From: Octopus sinensis
Lineage: Eukaryota
Assembly: GCF_006345805.1 (NCBI RefSeq)
Contig: NC_042999.1
Coordinates: 30,504,001-30,568,000, forward strand
Direction: 5' to 3'
Length of the DNA: 64,000 bases
Below the pieces are notes generated by a model. That model made no database searches. It saw only the letters and a program-made list of their open reading frames with translations, and was not told the origin of the DNA. Of this stretch, positions 1-14,075 are shown one piece after another. The position numbers and the translations under genes are program-made. The stretch's first letter is position 1. Each line of letters begins with the position of its first letter.

Positions 1-270
<270 letters not shown>

Positions 271-1330
271 TTGTGTATCTGCTTCAAAATTAATTTTCTT
301 GACTGTAATGTGTGTGTGAGGACGCATGTACGTGAACCTGCATATATATAGAGGTAGTAATAAGGAGACAGATGAGAGTCAGATATAGATAGGCAAATGA
401 GTATCAGAGAGACAGACATACGGATATAGATCTATAGATATATATGTCATAGTTATATGTATGTACGTATATTCACGTGAGATAAATTTAAAGGATTTTA
501 GATGTGTAATTTTGTTTCAGATTAGAGATAACTAATGCGATTATTTAACTACTGTGTTTTTCGATTTTCTACCATACATGCTAAAACTTTTCAGCACTTT
601 CAAATGCTTGTTTTTGTCTTCTTTTGCAACGAAAGTACTTTAGCCGTTGCTTTGACCTGAAATGTCTAAATCCACATTTTAAATCCAAGTGACCTGAAAT
701 ATATTCAATTGCCTGCTGTTTGTATGTTATAGAGACAAGTATCTCTACTACAACTACTGCAGATTCACTTGCTGCTGATGTTTTTCTTTTTCGTTTTGTT
801 TTCGTTGTGGTTGTTGTTACTGTTCTTGTTATTTAGCTTCAAAACAGACCTGACTGAATAGACATACAATCAAAACAAATTCAAATGGAATAATGCCGTC
901 CATTTTGTTGTGAATTCCTTGCACTCTACATAAAAGTTTTAAAGAGATTGTACTATTATTATCTACAAATTTCGTCTCTAGAATCGCAATGTTGTGGTTG
1001 CTACCATTATTGATGTTATCTTTGCTATTGTTGTTGTTAAACACTTGTTTGTCATATTTAGGCGGATTTGCAGCAAATACATCGTTGAACACATAAGTGC
1101 AATCCACAGAGTTCTCTTTTTTATATTATTACAGATCAAATCGTAGTCAGGGCGGCTTTTTTCCTGTTCTTAACTTATCCAAATCTATAATATCTACTGT
1201 GTATTTCCTTATTTAAGAAACAATTTCCAACTCAACGGATGATGTTCTTCTATGTGGCTGCTCGAATAATTCAAAACATTCTATCCATTTCTATCTTGGC
1301 TTTTGCTAGATGTATATTGCCCAATTTTAT

Positions 1331-1627
1331 TTTATTTATGCGCCCTTTCCAAGCCTAGCCAGGCTCATGGGCCCGGTTTCCCGGTTTCTATAACGTATGT
1401 GTTCCCCCCAGCTGGACGGGATGACAGTCCATCTTCAAGAAACAGGAAGAAAGAGTGAGAGAAAGTTGGGGCGAAATAGTACAACAGAGGTCGCCACCAC
1501 CCCCTGTCGGAGCCTCGAGGAGCTTTAGGTGTGTTCGCTCATTAAGCACACACAAGGCCCGGTCTGGGACTCGAAACCGTGATCCTCCGATCACCAGTCC
1601 GCTGCCCTAACCACTGGGCCAATGCCC
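1331..1627 (-). mobile_element. tRNA-derived SINE, family C, internally deleted
   Basis: Minus strand has A-box TGGCCCAGTGGTTAGG and B-box GGTTTCGAGTCCC; the body (AAAGCTC..GGTGGTGGCGA..TTCTTCCT) resembles 48862-49128. Confidence 0.75.
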
Positions 1628-1935
1628 ATTCACTTATTACCCAATAAACCCATGTTATTTTTTCATTAGGGAAGACTGTGAGTTCTATTTCTTCATTTGA
1701 TTAAACTGTATAGCACGCGAACATGTTTCTTTTATGCGTGAACCTCATGTAGAAATTTAAAATGTACGAATTATGAAAAGAATGCCATATTGTATTAATA
1801 AATTACCAGTCTTCAGTAAATACTTATTATTGTGAAGTGTTTCGAGGTTTTGTATTCATTGAGATGCTTAAATATATACTGTGAATGTATGGCTTACTCT
1901 TATATACATGAGTGTATACATAGATACATACATAT

Positions 1936-2019
<84 letters not shown>

Positions 2020-3909
2020 ATATAGTTGAAAATGTAGTGAGAATAGTTAAAATATTGTGTATTAAAATATTTGAAGCTTTAACCGGTCTCACATTTTACG
2101 CTCATTTTGAAAAAGATCTAACTTTCCTATATTTCTATCCCTGTGGAATACAATACCTTTGATATATATATATACACAGAAGTATGAGAATGAAATATGA
2201 AGACAATTTTAGATATTCGAGAAAATATTAAATAGACAAATATTTGAATTTATTTACACATATTCGCCAAACTTCCGAATGAATCCGTTCCTTTATGGCA
2301 ATACGTAAATGCGACGAAACAGACGTACGTCTTCAACAGAGAGTATTACAGATATTAACGAGATTTGTGTTATACTCATCGGTTGGTAGAATTTTGCTAC
2401 AGCGATCACTTAAATAAGTAAATTTTATTATGAATCTATGAAAACTAATCAATAACTACTATATGTAAAAAGTTATTGATTTAATAACCAGAACTACGGA
2501 ATTAATAACTAAATATTAACAGGAGCATAAACCGCCAGGGTATTAGATAGTTATATTGCTGATGCAGTAAAAATATAATAGTGGTACGTTCCTATAACAA
2601 ATAAGTCAGTAGAATACAAAAACTCTACTTCTAACAATTTAAAAAATAACGTAAAACAGCTCACAGTTTGATCTGGAGACACTTTATTTGGTAATATATA
2701 CAAGAAAATATATCTATTTTTTTTATTCTCGTTTTCTTGGAAGCACTGTGATTTCCTGAATAATAACTGTGAGACATATATCATCTGTAAACAATGTTAT
2801 AGATAAATCAGCATAGTTTTAATTTGTTATGCATACCGACTGAACGCACAGACGTGCATATTTATATAAAGCGATCGTTTTGTGATACAAATTTTCAGAT
2901 TTCAATTTCAAATAACTCTAGAAAGACGCAATTGCAATCTGAATTTCAGTTCCATTGCTTGTTGTAATATAATAAATGGATATAATGTTTATAAATTTGA
3001 AAATGGACTTCTTTCAGACCAAATATTAGTGTCCAGTGTGTAAAATACTTCCATCTATAAAAATCATATCCCATCGAAAATATTGAAATTTTTCATGATT
3101 TTTTTTCTCATAATTGTGTGATAAACATCTTTAAAAAATAGCTCATCAGGAAAACGTAAAATACAAATGTGAGACAATGAAACAGTGTACAAATAAAAAG
3201 CGGAAAGCAGTAAACATTTGCTAATGTCTAACATATTATAAATATCCAATATGTTAAAAGCAGAGAAAAGCAATGGAATACTATTTAAATAACGTATTTA
3301 ATATTTCTGTAGATTGAGACTTCCTTCACTAAAACACTAAAGAATTTGATGTTTTGCAATAAAACAAAATGTCAGTAATAAGATAGAAGAAATTTCAATA
3401 GATTTAGATTTCAATAGATGAAGAAATGAATAAATAACTAAAAGCAGACGTTGCAATCAATCTAAGTTAAAAGGAATAAAAAACGAAATAAATAAACATT
3501 AACATGAGAGTAAAATAAACTAATTTCCACCTGAATTGAAATAGGAATGTTGTTTGTTCTGAATTGCTGAATGAATATTTACTTTCACAAGTGGTGAGGA
3601 AAAATTTGTCAGTTTTCATTTAATGAAACATGAGAGCATATTGTTGACAAGGAAGTCGTAATAGTGAATTGTATGTAGCAGTTACTTAAAGATCCTATTT
3701 TCCACTTAACAGATATTGCTGATATTGTAGAATTCAAGAGACAGAGCGAACATAAAATATTTCGCTAATGGCTTCTGTATCAAGAGCTATCATGGTATAT
3801 GCATACATGTGTATATATAATTATAATCATATACATATATATTTACATAGATATATATATATATAAGTGTGTGTGTGTGTATGTATATATATATATATAT
3901 ATATACATG

Positions 3910-3966
<57 letters not shown>

Positions 3967-5093
3967 ATATATATATAATATATATAATATATATATATAT
4001 ATATAATATATATATACACATAAATATTCTTAAGCACATGCTGATATGTATGTGCTTATGCAAACAAACGTATCTACATGCACAGACCTATACACGGCCA
4101 AATGCACCGATTGATATATATATATATATATATATATACAAATTACAGGGAGATACAGTCAGACAGACAGACAGAAAAAGAAAGTGAGAGAGAAAAAAAA
4201 ACACAGTGTGAGAGATAATGCATACCTACCTTTAAGAACAAATATGTATGTGCACCTATATTCACATGCCCTATTGTGTATATGAGTGCTCGTATATTGT
4301 GTGTATGCGTGAGTGTGTGTGTCTGTGTTTGTGTGAAATGTGTAAGCCTATTAAGATCATATTTCATACTGTATTCATTGACAGATTCAGTGATCTAAAC
4401 AGCAACTGGAAAGTAGAATATTCCAATCAGAATTCATTCTTCTTTCCTTCCTTTCTTTTCCTTTCTCTCTAAAAGACTAAATGAAGGAGAAGCTGTTCCT
4501 CGTTGTTTTTAACCTCTGCATATCGGCATTTTCTGTGTCAGTATTTTCCTTTCTACCATATTCGTATAATTTAACAAGATAATTCTATTGCTAAACAAAG
4601 ATTTCCATGAGGAAATTTCTATGTACTTCTACAGTAAACAATATCATTTACCTATTCTAACGTATTTGATTCTATTTCAAATATCTACACCCACATTTTA
4701 TTTATTGCAATTATCTGAAAGCTAGACTCAATCTGGCACCGATTTAGTAGGTTTAAACCGTAACCATCTGGTACTAGAATGCCATTAGCAGCGTACACCA
4801 TTTTGCACTAGTTTCTTCACGGTGTTTGAAATCCTTTAGCATAGAGCAATACTGGAATTATGTCGGTGACCTGCTACATGAAAATATTTAGCAGACTTCA
4901 CTCTGTTGTACTTACGTAAAAGTTGTAATTAATGACTATGGTTAACACCAGCAGACAATACGTGTGTAAGTTTAGCACAATCCTACGTATGTGGCAGGTA
5001 CAGTGCTCTTTCCTTTGTCTAATACTACCACCTAACACTAAATTGTCTATCGCAAACACCACACTATCGTGATGTTTTACATCTAATCTGTTT

Positions 5094-5461
5094 TTTTCAT
5101 TCTTTTACTTGTTTCAGTCATTTCACTACGAGAAAATCGACCCCAGGACTTATTCTTTGTAAGCCTAGTACTTATTATATCGGTATCTTTTTCCGAACCG
5201 ATAAGCTACGGGGATGAAAACAGACACCAGCAACGATGTTAAGTTATGTTGGGGGACAAACAGACGCACAAACATAAACACATACACACATATACATATA
5301 CGGCAGGTTTCTTTGAGTTTCTGTCTAACTGATCCACTCACAAGGATTTGGTCGGGTTGAGGATATAGTAGGAGACACTTGCCCAAGGTGCCATAGAGTG
5401 GAATTGAACCCAGAGCCATGTAGTTGGTAAGGAAGCTACTTACTACACAGTCACTCCTGCT
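5094..5461 (-). mobile_element. tRNA-derived SINE, family B
   Basis: Head GCAGGAGTGACTGTGTAGTAAG..GGGTTCAATTCC..GGCACCTTGGGCAAGTGTC is homologous to the copy at 42448. Confidence 0.85.
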
Positions 5462-8400
5462 CCTTAACATATTTATTTGGTACTTAGCCCGCTTTAGCAT
5501 AATTCAATCTGTTGCACTTCTGTGGGAGACACACATAATCCTTCGTCACATTTAACGTCAACATTGGATACTTGGTTACCGTTAGCAGAGCCCAGAAGGC
5601 AACGCTTATATGTTAGTCGTAGGCAATCCCGGTGTTTAACGCTACCACATGATACTTTGAGAACTTTACCACTTTTCACTCTGTTCCTTGTATGTACCGG
5701 CCCTGAATCCTTCCCGTCCACCACCTACTACATCCGTGCTTGTACCAGAATCAATTTGTTTAGATTCTGGAGGTCGCAGTGAGGGAGATAAACTTTGCTC
5801 CTACATCAACATAAAATCAGCATTTAAACAGAATAACCTGAAGAAAATATCTCCAATCTTCTCTTTTTTCTTAAGTCAGTAAGATTCATCACATTTATGT
5901 TTATTCACTTACCCTTGAAAATTCTGATGTATGTCAACCTGTTCCTAGAAGAAACAGTATGAAGCGTCTGTACGGGCTCCCGATGTGCCGTAAATAACAG
6001 CGAAGTCACCTTACAGTAGTATATTCAATTGGCGAAAATAGGAAGGACACATTTGCTAATGTTGTTCTACAGAAATATGAACAAGATAGTTAAAGTTAGA
6101 AATTCTTTGATAACATATTTTCTTGATCCCAATAAACTGAGGTTAAACGACAAGTACTCGTATGTTTAAACCTGGCGAATCTTAGGTTAAGCACCAAGCA
6201 CTCATATATTCATTCAAATTTTACACTTCCACAATATATAAGCATCGATACACTGCCATATAATACATTTTTCATATAATCAATCTTTTCTTACGTCTTT
6301 ATTTGTGTTTACTTTCAATACACAACAATGTTTGACCAAATATCCCCTTCAACGGCCATTCTCTCCTCTGCAATTACAGTTGCAATTCATAGCTGACTCA
6401 TATAACTCTGAATTGTCAGTTTTCTACCTCATCATATTCTCACGACATTCTACATTTACTCGCATATTTATACTTTATTTGAAATCTCATTCAATGCATT
6501 ATCTAGGGACACTTGTAATTCGCTATCTGTATATAACAAAAGACCTTAACACGACGCTTCAGTGAACAATGACGATTCAAGTTATCAAGAAAGTTTAAGC
6601 AGCGTTTTATTTCTTTATTCGTGTTTGCAATTATAGAGATATTTCTCTTGGCCTTCCGTTACGATAGTTATCATTCCACTGAGAAAGTGTAAGCCATAGA
6701 TGTGTGATGTATCCAATACATTCCTAAACACTGTATTTCTTTGTCTAATTCCCATAGTGAAATACACCAACACAGAAAGTTTGATAGCTTATTCATATTT
6801 TTTGAACGATTAATGTTGTTAAATTCCTATAAGATTTGCCAGTGGCTATAACAGCCACGTGCAATACAAAATAAGTCAGAGTGCGGAAGCTTACTTTTCA
6901 GAGTTATTCAGAGGATTATTGGAAATGATTCTGAAAGTGTTCTACTCTCCCGTCTTGAGGTGTAATCTCGATGGGGTAAGAGTTCAATTTAGAAATCTGC
7001 TGGTGAGCTTCCGGAAAGATTGGACATAGAGAGATTTAGTGACGGTAATATTTCTTGGAAATTAACATTGGATGAAAGGTTTAGCATAGGGGTGCTATGA
7101 GATGAAAAGCTTCACGGCTAACACAAGAAAGAGAAACACGTGACTTGGATGCTCTCGGGTGAAGGGAATAAGTTAATCGCTAAATATCTTTTTAACTGGA
7201 ACAGATTACTGGGCTTTCGATTTAAATAATGGGGTGAACAAAAAGCGAATCTGTTAACTAGCTGTTGTTACGTGTTGGTATGTGACTATTTGCATATCAT
7301 TCTAGTGGTTTTATTTCGCTCTAAGGCGAACACGTAGGATGTGGTCTAGCATGGCCGCCAATGCACTATCGCCGTCATTCATATATAACATGTAGTTAAT
7401 TAATAAGCCTTTTTCAGTGAGCCATTCATTGAATAGAATAGAAGTATTGTGTATTCATTTCTAGGAATTTACGCAGGTGTTGCTCAGCACATTGATATTT
7501 TTGTATCATACCATACGATTGTGATTTTGTTGTTTAATTTTACTAATTGTCATTTCTCCACTAAAGCCTGTTTTTGTGTTCTCTGTTAATGAATGCAGTG
7601 CAGCTCTGACTTGATATGCATTTCTGCTTGAATGACACCTGCGCACTGATTTTAAGAATAGATAAAATAGTATTATCTAATTATATGCAAATATACTAAG
7701 AAATTACATCACTCCCCACGCGATATTGTCGTATGTATTTACAGAAAGGTGATTTTAGAAGACAGAATCAAATATCTCTCAGTAAGAATTCTGACGTGTT
7801 GTAGCGGTGGGGTACGAAGAGTGCACTTCCAACAATGATACTTCTGACAGAGTACTTGTAAGGAATAAATATAAATGCACGATCATTATAGCCGGGTAAT
7901 TTATTTCATGTGCTTCGTCAAGTTTTCCACTGTTAATTTCAAGTCAATCCACTGAAACTTATTGAGTGGTATCACATAATAACTTATATTGGAATGTGAA
8001 TTTCGGACCGCAAATGTTTTTCGAGAAAGTGCTGCGAAGATAGATTTAAAATCAGCAGTAAATATGCGGTGATTTATAATGTCATAATTGTTGAGAAGCT
8101 AAGGGAGCAGCCTGTGTGTAATGGTGGTATATAGCTAAGAGGTTTACTTAAACTTGACAATGGACAAAATATCAAAGATACCAGTTGATTAACTCTTCGC
8201 ATTAGAGTTGGAAGAAGAATGCATTGAAAATTGCGATTCTATGCTTTCTGAGGTCGGTACTGTACGTTTGGTGCTGTCCAGAAATTTCTTCATCTTTGCA
8301 CTAATGTTAGGCATTTTAAAATGATGAATTTTTGTATTTTGATGTGAAATTTAGTTTCCAAGGGAGAGCAGAAGTATGAATAGAAAGAACGCATTTATCA

Positions 8401-8688
8401 CTCATTTACCTATCTCAAACACGGATATTGCCTAACGAGCAGTCCACATAGACTCATGATGATCCGACTAGTTTGCCTCCTCATTATAATGCATTATTTG
8501 GGGAGTAGAATTAAATGAACGTTCTGCATGTGGGGTAGATATACAAAAAGGCCATTATACAAGTTTCGCTTAATTTTTAAGGTGCTATATCACACCAGTG
8601 AATAAATTATACTTGAATTGCAAAAATAAAACGAGAAGAAAGATACTGCAAAATAGAAGAATGTACATTTATCTGTGATAATTCCCCA

Positions 8689-8873
8689 GACACAGTTCTA
8701 TATTTAAGAGATGAGGAAATATGTACGTTATTTACATTATTTACAATTGACGGATATTTGTCCTCATCTTGTTTGTTGTTAACACAGCGTTTCGGCTGAT
8801 ATACCCTCTAGCCTTCATCAGGTGTCTTGGGGCAAATCCGAACCTGTGTTCTCATTTCTAATTTTTTTTAATG

Positions 8874-8952
<79 letters not shown>

Positions 8953-9082
8953 TCAGATCCCTGCCTGCAATCGTACTCGGAATCTTAACCACTAGGCCAT
9001 ATACCCACAGGTATATGGAGGCTATATCAGCCGAAACGTTATGTTAACAACAAACAAGATGAGGACAAATATCCGCCAGTTG
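8689..9082 (-). mobile_element. Composite non-autonomous element: tRNA-like head, (TAA)n, Penelope-type hammerhead tail, 65-bp inverted repeat
   Basis: A-box TGGCCTAGTGGTTAAG and decayed B-box GAGTACGATTGC at ~8965-9003; hammerhead motif at 8781-8826; arms 8744-8808 and 9018-9082 differ at 5 of 65 positions. Confidence 0.75.
8781..8826 (-). ncRNA. Minimal type I hammerhead ribozyme, probably inactivated (U16.1 to C)
   Basis: GACAC-CUGAUGA-A-GGCU(12 nt)AGCC-GAAA-CG-C-U-GUGUU. Stem I is GACAC/GUGUU and stem II is GGCU/AGCC. The inverted copy keeps GAAACGUU, containing the palindrome AACGUU. Confidence 0.7.
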
Positions 9083-9229
9083 TAACTAATGAAATTCTCC
9101 AGAGTTTCAGATCTCGTACATTCTCTTCGAGTCCTATTTTTCTTAGTGTATGTGTCAGATTCAGCAGTAGAAGTCGTAAATATTATATAAGTTTTAATCG
9201 ATCTATGACATGGTTAAGTTACCTTTCCT

Positions 9230-9893
9230 CTTCTTGCAGTCAGTAACTTCAGTCTTGTGTACCAGGTGTTGATCCTTTGTATCGCTGCACTTACGCTTGC
9301 AACACTTTGTTAATTTGGCAGGACTATACTTTTTCTAGACGTCCGTACGTTGACTCTATGACTATTCCAGTCAATAACTCCCACATAAATGGCAAGCAGT
9401 ATATCGGTTCGTAAATGTCTACCGTATTGACTTTATAAAAAGTTGTTGAGTTCTGCATCTATTCGTGAATGACATTCACCAAATCTTTTGATCCAGCAGC
9501 CTTAAACTCCCTCTGTTTCCGGGACATTCCTGTTGTCCATTGTTTTGCAGTTTTCCTTCACTTCCCTAACTGAAAATGACTAGTTACACCTGCTTTTGAT
9601 AGACTACAGTTTGTTTGATTTCTTGAAAACCAATCAGCATCCATTTTGTGCTCCTTTTCTTTGCTCCAGATATCACTCCAAAACCTTTGACTTTCAATGT
9701 TATCTGGTATCAACTTTTCCTCTGTACACTCTCCATTTATTTCCTTAAAGAATCTCTTCTAATCTACTCTGAATAACCTAATCTGGTGGTAACCCTTTAC
9801 TCTTTGGTTGTATCTTAACATTTTTTCTTTCTTTGCAACGAGGTGTTGCTTCAGTTCCTCCATTAACAATTTCAGACCTTTTCTTTCAATATC
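9230..9893 (-). mobile_element. R4/Dong-like non-LTR retrotransposon fragment (pre-RT and early RT region), decayed
   Basis: EELKQHLVAKKEKMLRYNQRVKGYHQIRLF and PDNIESQRFWSDIWSK match the pre-RT region of RLE-type elements; many stops and frameshifts. Confidence 0.75.
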
Positions 9894-11960
9894 ATACTTC
9901 CATAGAGGTAATGAAGAATACACGCGGGGATAGACAAAGGAGGAGTGGTGATAGAGATTTACCCTGGAAAATGCCACAGGAAATTCTTACATCCCCAGCA
10001 TTGAGAGATTCATTGCCAATGTTCAAAGTCAGTGTGATTGTCCAAGATCTTATACTTACAGACACGATGTTGCGCAGAGTAAGTGCTATGCTATATATTT
10101 CCAGACATTGTTTAATCAAGCTATGTGGTAGACTATCAACATCTTTTTTATAGTGTACCTAGATATCGACAAGTATTTTTGTAGTTTGTGACAATCTTCC
10201 ACGTTTATCGTACTGTTGAGTAGCTTATCTTTACAACCATAGTACACACGCTTACATCGTTTTTACTCATTTTGTTATATGGCACTTTATATTAAAAGTT
10301 ATAGTTATATTCAATCACGCAGATGTTAGTATTTTATACATTATTGTTAAACAATGTTATGGATCTATAATTTTTTGCTTCACTTTTTCTTCCTCTTTTG
10401 AAAGTAGGTGTGTTACACCATTAACTAGACAGGAGGGAATCATACTAGTTTGTTACAAAACGTTGCTGTAATATTTTGTTAGAGGTTCACGACTCTGTGT
10501 GTAGGCATTCCTCCAGAAGTTAGAAATATTATCCTTTCCTGGAAACCCCCGTATGCTTGAATCCATGAAAGCAAGCCTTACATCTCCCACCTAAATACAC
10601 GCCCACATTTGCTCTTTTAAATATTCTATGTCTGTAGATATTCTATAATTCGAAAGGGCCTTTTCATTGTGTGTTTTTCAGCTGCCCAAATTTTATTCCA
10701 GACTTCCTGTACTTCATCTTTCGATTGGAGACACTTTATTGTAAAAGGTATTTTCCTTTATTTTCCTATAAAATCTTGTTTGGTTATTTTCCAACGTGAA
10801 GTTGTCCTTGAAGGAACTAACGCGAGTTTTATACCGTGTTATGCGGGCAGCTTTAGCATATACCCATTGCCTGATGGTTTATATGGTGGTATCGATGTCA
10901 AGTATGATTTTCATATTTTATTCCTTCTTTAATTTATGGATTTTTGTTGGTTTGATGGTCTTGTCAAGCTTAAAGTTTTTGAATCATTCTCTGTCAGATC
11001 TAAGTAGCTGAATTAAATGTTGAAAACCCTCTTTCCAAGATGGCTTTTTGGGGGATTGTTGTCGTTGTATAATCTTTTCACCACATAGAAACGTTGATAT
11101 CTTCGCATAGTAGAAGTGGTTGAGACGTGTAATATCAACATCATTTGCTGATATTATATCTTTAATTGTTAGGCGTATTTTACCAATTATTTTCAGGTTT
11201 TGTTTAGAGTTGTGGGTCTTTAGGAGAGCATCACGTTTATTCATACTGGTTCATTTAATTTTCAGCCATTCAATCATGACTTTATTCTTTAGATAATCTA
11301 CTTCAATTGGGTCAATGTCATTGTGGTTTTCTTCATCAATTGGATTTTCATCTGCCTTGGTGGTTATGGTTGGCTCAGAGAGTATTTCACTTTCCTTATC
11401 AGTTTAAACTCACTCTTTCTATTAATAATGAAGATTCATCAGGTCTGAGTTGGTCTATACTTATTTCCTCTGTTTTATCTTCTTTAGCTGCATCGTCGCT
11501 CCCTGTATCTCATACTAAATGTTTAATTTGGCCAATCTCTTTTTTAACCACAATGTTTCTTTTGACGTTGGCAAGTTTATTACTGACTATGTAGGATCTT
11601 ACTTAAAGGTGTTTCTGTCTCCAGTTTAGGTAGGTTTGTTCAATATTAGATTTATTTGTGGGGAAATGCGTCAAGGTAAAATATCTTAAGAACTTCTTTA
11701 TTAACTGCCCAACATAATTTTCTTTCTGTTTTCTTTGGTTATATTTTGAGAAGCGTGCGTGACCATCTGAATATTCCGGTTGTGGAGTAGTTCTAGCTCC
11801 TGTGTTTCGAAAGATTTGAAACAGTAGGTAACGTTTCGTACCCAGTCTGGTTCGTCTCTAGCGTGAGCGGACCTTGTTGATCCGGAGGTGATGGCCCATC
11901 CAGTTTGTATTGTGTTTTGTTATCATTGAGGCATGATGAGATTAGAGGTTGACATTAGCG
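9894..11960 (-). mobile_element. R4/Dong-like retrotransposon, N-terminal region through RT, decayed (second subfamily)
   Basis: RT motifs KNYRSIT, GCKDKLL, YKKDVDSLPHSLI and GIFQGKSLSPLLLCL; clearly similar to 28085-28580. Confidence 0.85.
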
Positions 11961-12588
11961 GATGTATCTGTATAGGGTTAATCATTTGAGACAAAACTGC
12001 CTCCCCGTTCTCTGCATGAAAACATTGCCCGTAACGTAGCTTCTTAAGATTACTAGATCTGTATTCGTCTATATCTTTTAATGTTGACAGGTTTATCCCC
12101 GGGGATAGTTTTTTTGTGGTGTTTTTAAACTTATGTATTTATCACTCTGTGTATATGAGTTCCCAAAAAATTGTATTATTTGCTTTGTTTGTCACACGTG
12201 CATTCCTATGCTGTAAGAGTGCCTTATAAATTTGATGTAGGTAAAAATTGGGATGTATATGTAGTCGTATGGGTATTAAAATGTCTATATAATTGTGTGG
12301 ACATTCGAGTGTATGTCTTATCAATCAATTCACGTACTTACTGTTCTGTTCCAATTATATTTTATAATTTGAAATCTTTCTGATGTTTATTTCCCATGCG
12401 TATTTCGTACATGTTTCGCTGAGACATCGTGCATAGGAGAAATTCTACATTCTATGGCGGTAAAAATTCATTCTTGTGATTATATTCTTCAATACGTTGC
12501 TTCCTTGAAGCCTTCCAGTCCACCGATGTTATTAGATTAGATTTGTTTTGAATGGAGAGCCCATTGCAGCTCATCCTAATTGTTATTC

Positions 12589-12818
12589 AGCGACCTGCAG
12601 AAACGTTGGCGCGTCCGGGTGCATGCTTAGTGGAATCGGTTCATATTTACAATCTGATTTCGTATTCAACAGGTTTCGATTTTCCCTTTCATCCTTTCGG
12701 GGTCGATATATGAAATACCATTTCATCATTGGGGGTTGATGAACTCGATATTTGTACCGTGCCCCCAAAATCTTTTGGACATGTTCCTTTAGAAGAAATG
12801 ATTATTATCATTATTATC
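12589..12818 (+). mobile_element. Diverged tRNA-derived SINE, family A
   Basis: CTGCAGAAACGTTGGC head remnant, CTTTCATCCTTTCGGGGTCGAT body and short ATT tail. Confidence 0.65.
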
Positions 12819-12819
12819 G

Positions 12820-13965
12820 TTGCATACTTTTAATCTGCATATTCATTACAATCACTTGCCGAGATACACCCACCGTTCTAGGGCGTAGGAAGGATAAAAT
12901 ATGGTATAGTAGGACTGAAAGCCTAGGGGGTGAATGTGAAAGGGGTCGTAACGAAATAGAATGGATGAGTTTTTCTACGTGTGTGGGTAGTAATTACCAG
13001 CAGTAGCTTTTGGAATACTCTGAGACATGGTTTTCCTGGGATCTTATATATAATGTATCTGACATCCTTTTCTGAGCATACCTAGGGCGCCCAAAATAAC
13101 AGGAAGTGTTCTTACTTTAAGATGCCACATATTTTATATTTCAATTTTCAGGTACTTATATTTCCTTAAATTATCATACTCCTTTACAGATATTTTTTTT
13201 ATAAGTGGGTGCACTTACATCTATTATTCTACAAGTATTTTCTTACCTATCTTTAATAATTATGTCTGGTCGCTTAACCTCGATCGTTCTGCCAGTGTTC
13301 ACTCAAAAATCACAAAAGTTATTGATCCTCTCAGCCAATCATGGATTGTTACTTGGTCTAAATTAGCATTTTGGTTTGGATGTATATACTGCTAGTTCAT
13401 TTTAGGAGTCTGCTTGAAATTTTCAGCTTGATTGGTGAAATTGGTTTTAAGTTCTTGTAATACATCTTGGTCTCCTCAGCTCTTTGGTTAAAAACTTCCA
13501 AGCCAATCATTTCATCTGCATTTACACCCATATCTTTCGTGGCATATTGCAGCTGGTCTTCATCACTATTTATCAAATACTCGGCAAGCGTTCACTCGTT
13601 ATACAATAGTCTATACTAATTAGTCCTCTGCCACAACTTTATTTTCATATACAGTCTGTTTACGTTTGCATTAGGGTGTAGCGCCCCATGCAGCGTCATC
13701 AATTTTCTCGTCCTTCTATCCAGTGTTGATATTTTCTTCTCAATCCATTTGAGAATGAACACTCTATACCTGACCACAGCAACTGCCCAGATATTCATTA
13801 CAGTAATGAACATTTTTGGCATTCATGTTGGATTTCAACACCATTTTCATCCCCATCCTATTTCTTATACGCCACGCTGACCTTGACTTTCATTTCTCTG
13901 GGCAGAATGTCATCCAGCTCCAAAATCCCTAAATATCTATACTCACTACCGACGGATTCACACAT
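12820..13965 (-). mobile_element. R4/Dong-like 3' fragment (late RT, RLE endonuclease, 3' UTR), decayed
   Basis: YRYLGILE, LDRRTRKLMTLHGALHPNANVNRLY, KRPDIIIKD..IIDVSAP and VILGALG; TAA repeats lie at both ends. Confidence 0.85.
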
Positions 13966-13970
13966 TATTA

Positions 13971-14049
<79 letters not shown>

Positions 14050-14075
14050 GACTATTATCATTATTATTAATATTA
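13965..14075. repeat. (ATT/TAA)n microsatellite
   Basis: Direct triplet run. Confidence 0.95.

Noticed and set aside
829-1107. 92-aa minus ORF containing PPKY
   Set aside because: GTG start, Asn-rich decayed triplets, and no splice or homology support.
1560-1627. tRNA-like segments here and at ~9000, 42448 and 50900
   Set aside because: They are SINE heads fused to repeat bodies, and I could not build a complete cloverleaf.
6900-7300. Possible decayed LINE 3' end on the minus strand
   Set aside because: Only a vague resemblance; no motif could be pinned down.
7884-8098. About 65 open codons on the minus strand after a CCCTTAG acceptor-like site
   Set aside because: Length is within chance expectation and no protein is recognised.
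11430-11445. Other CTGANGA occurrences (e.g. ~11435, ~40035, ~53425, ~56590, ~60075)
   Set aside because: No stem II, GAAA and stem III in the correct geometry; several lie inside transposon coding relics.
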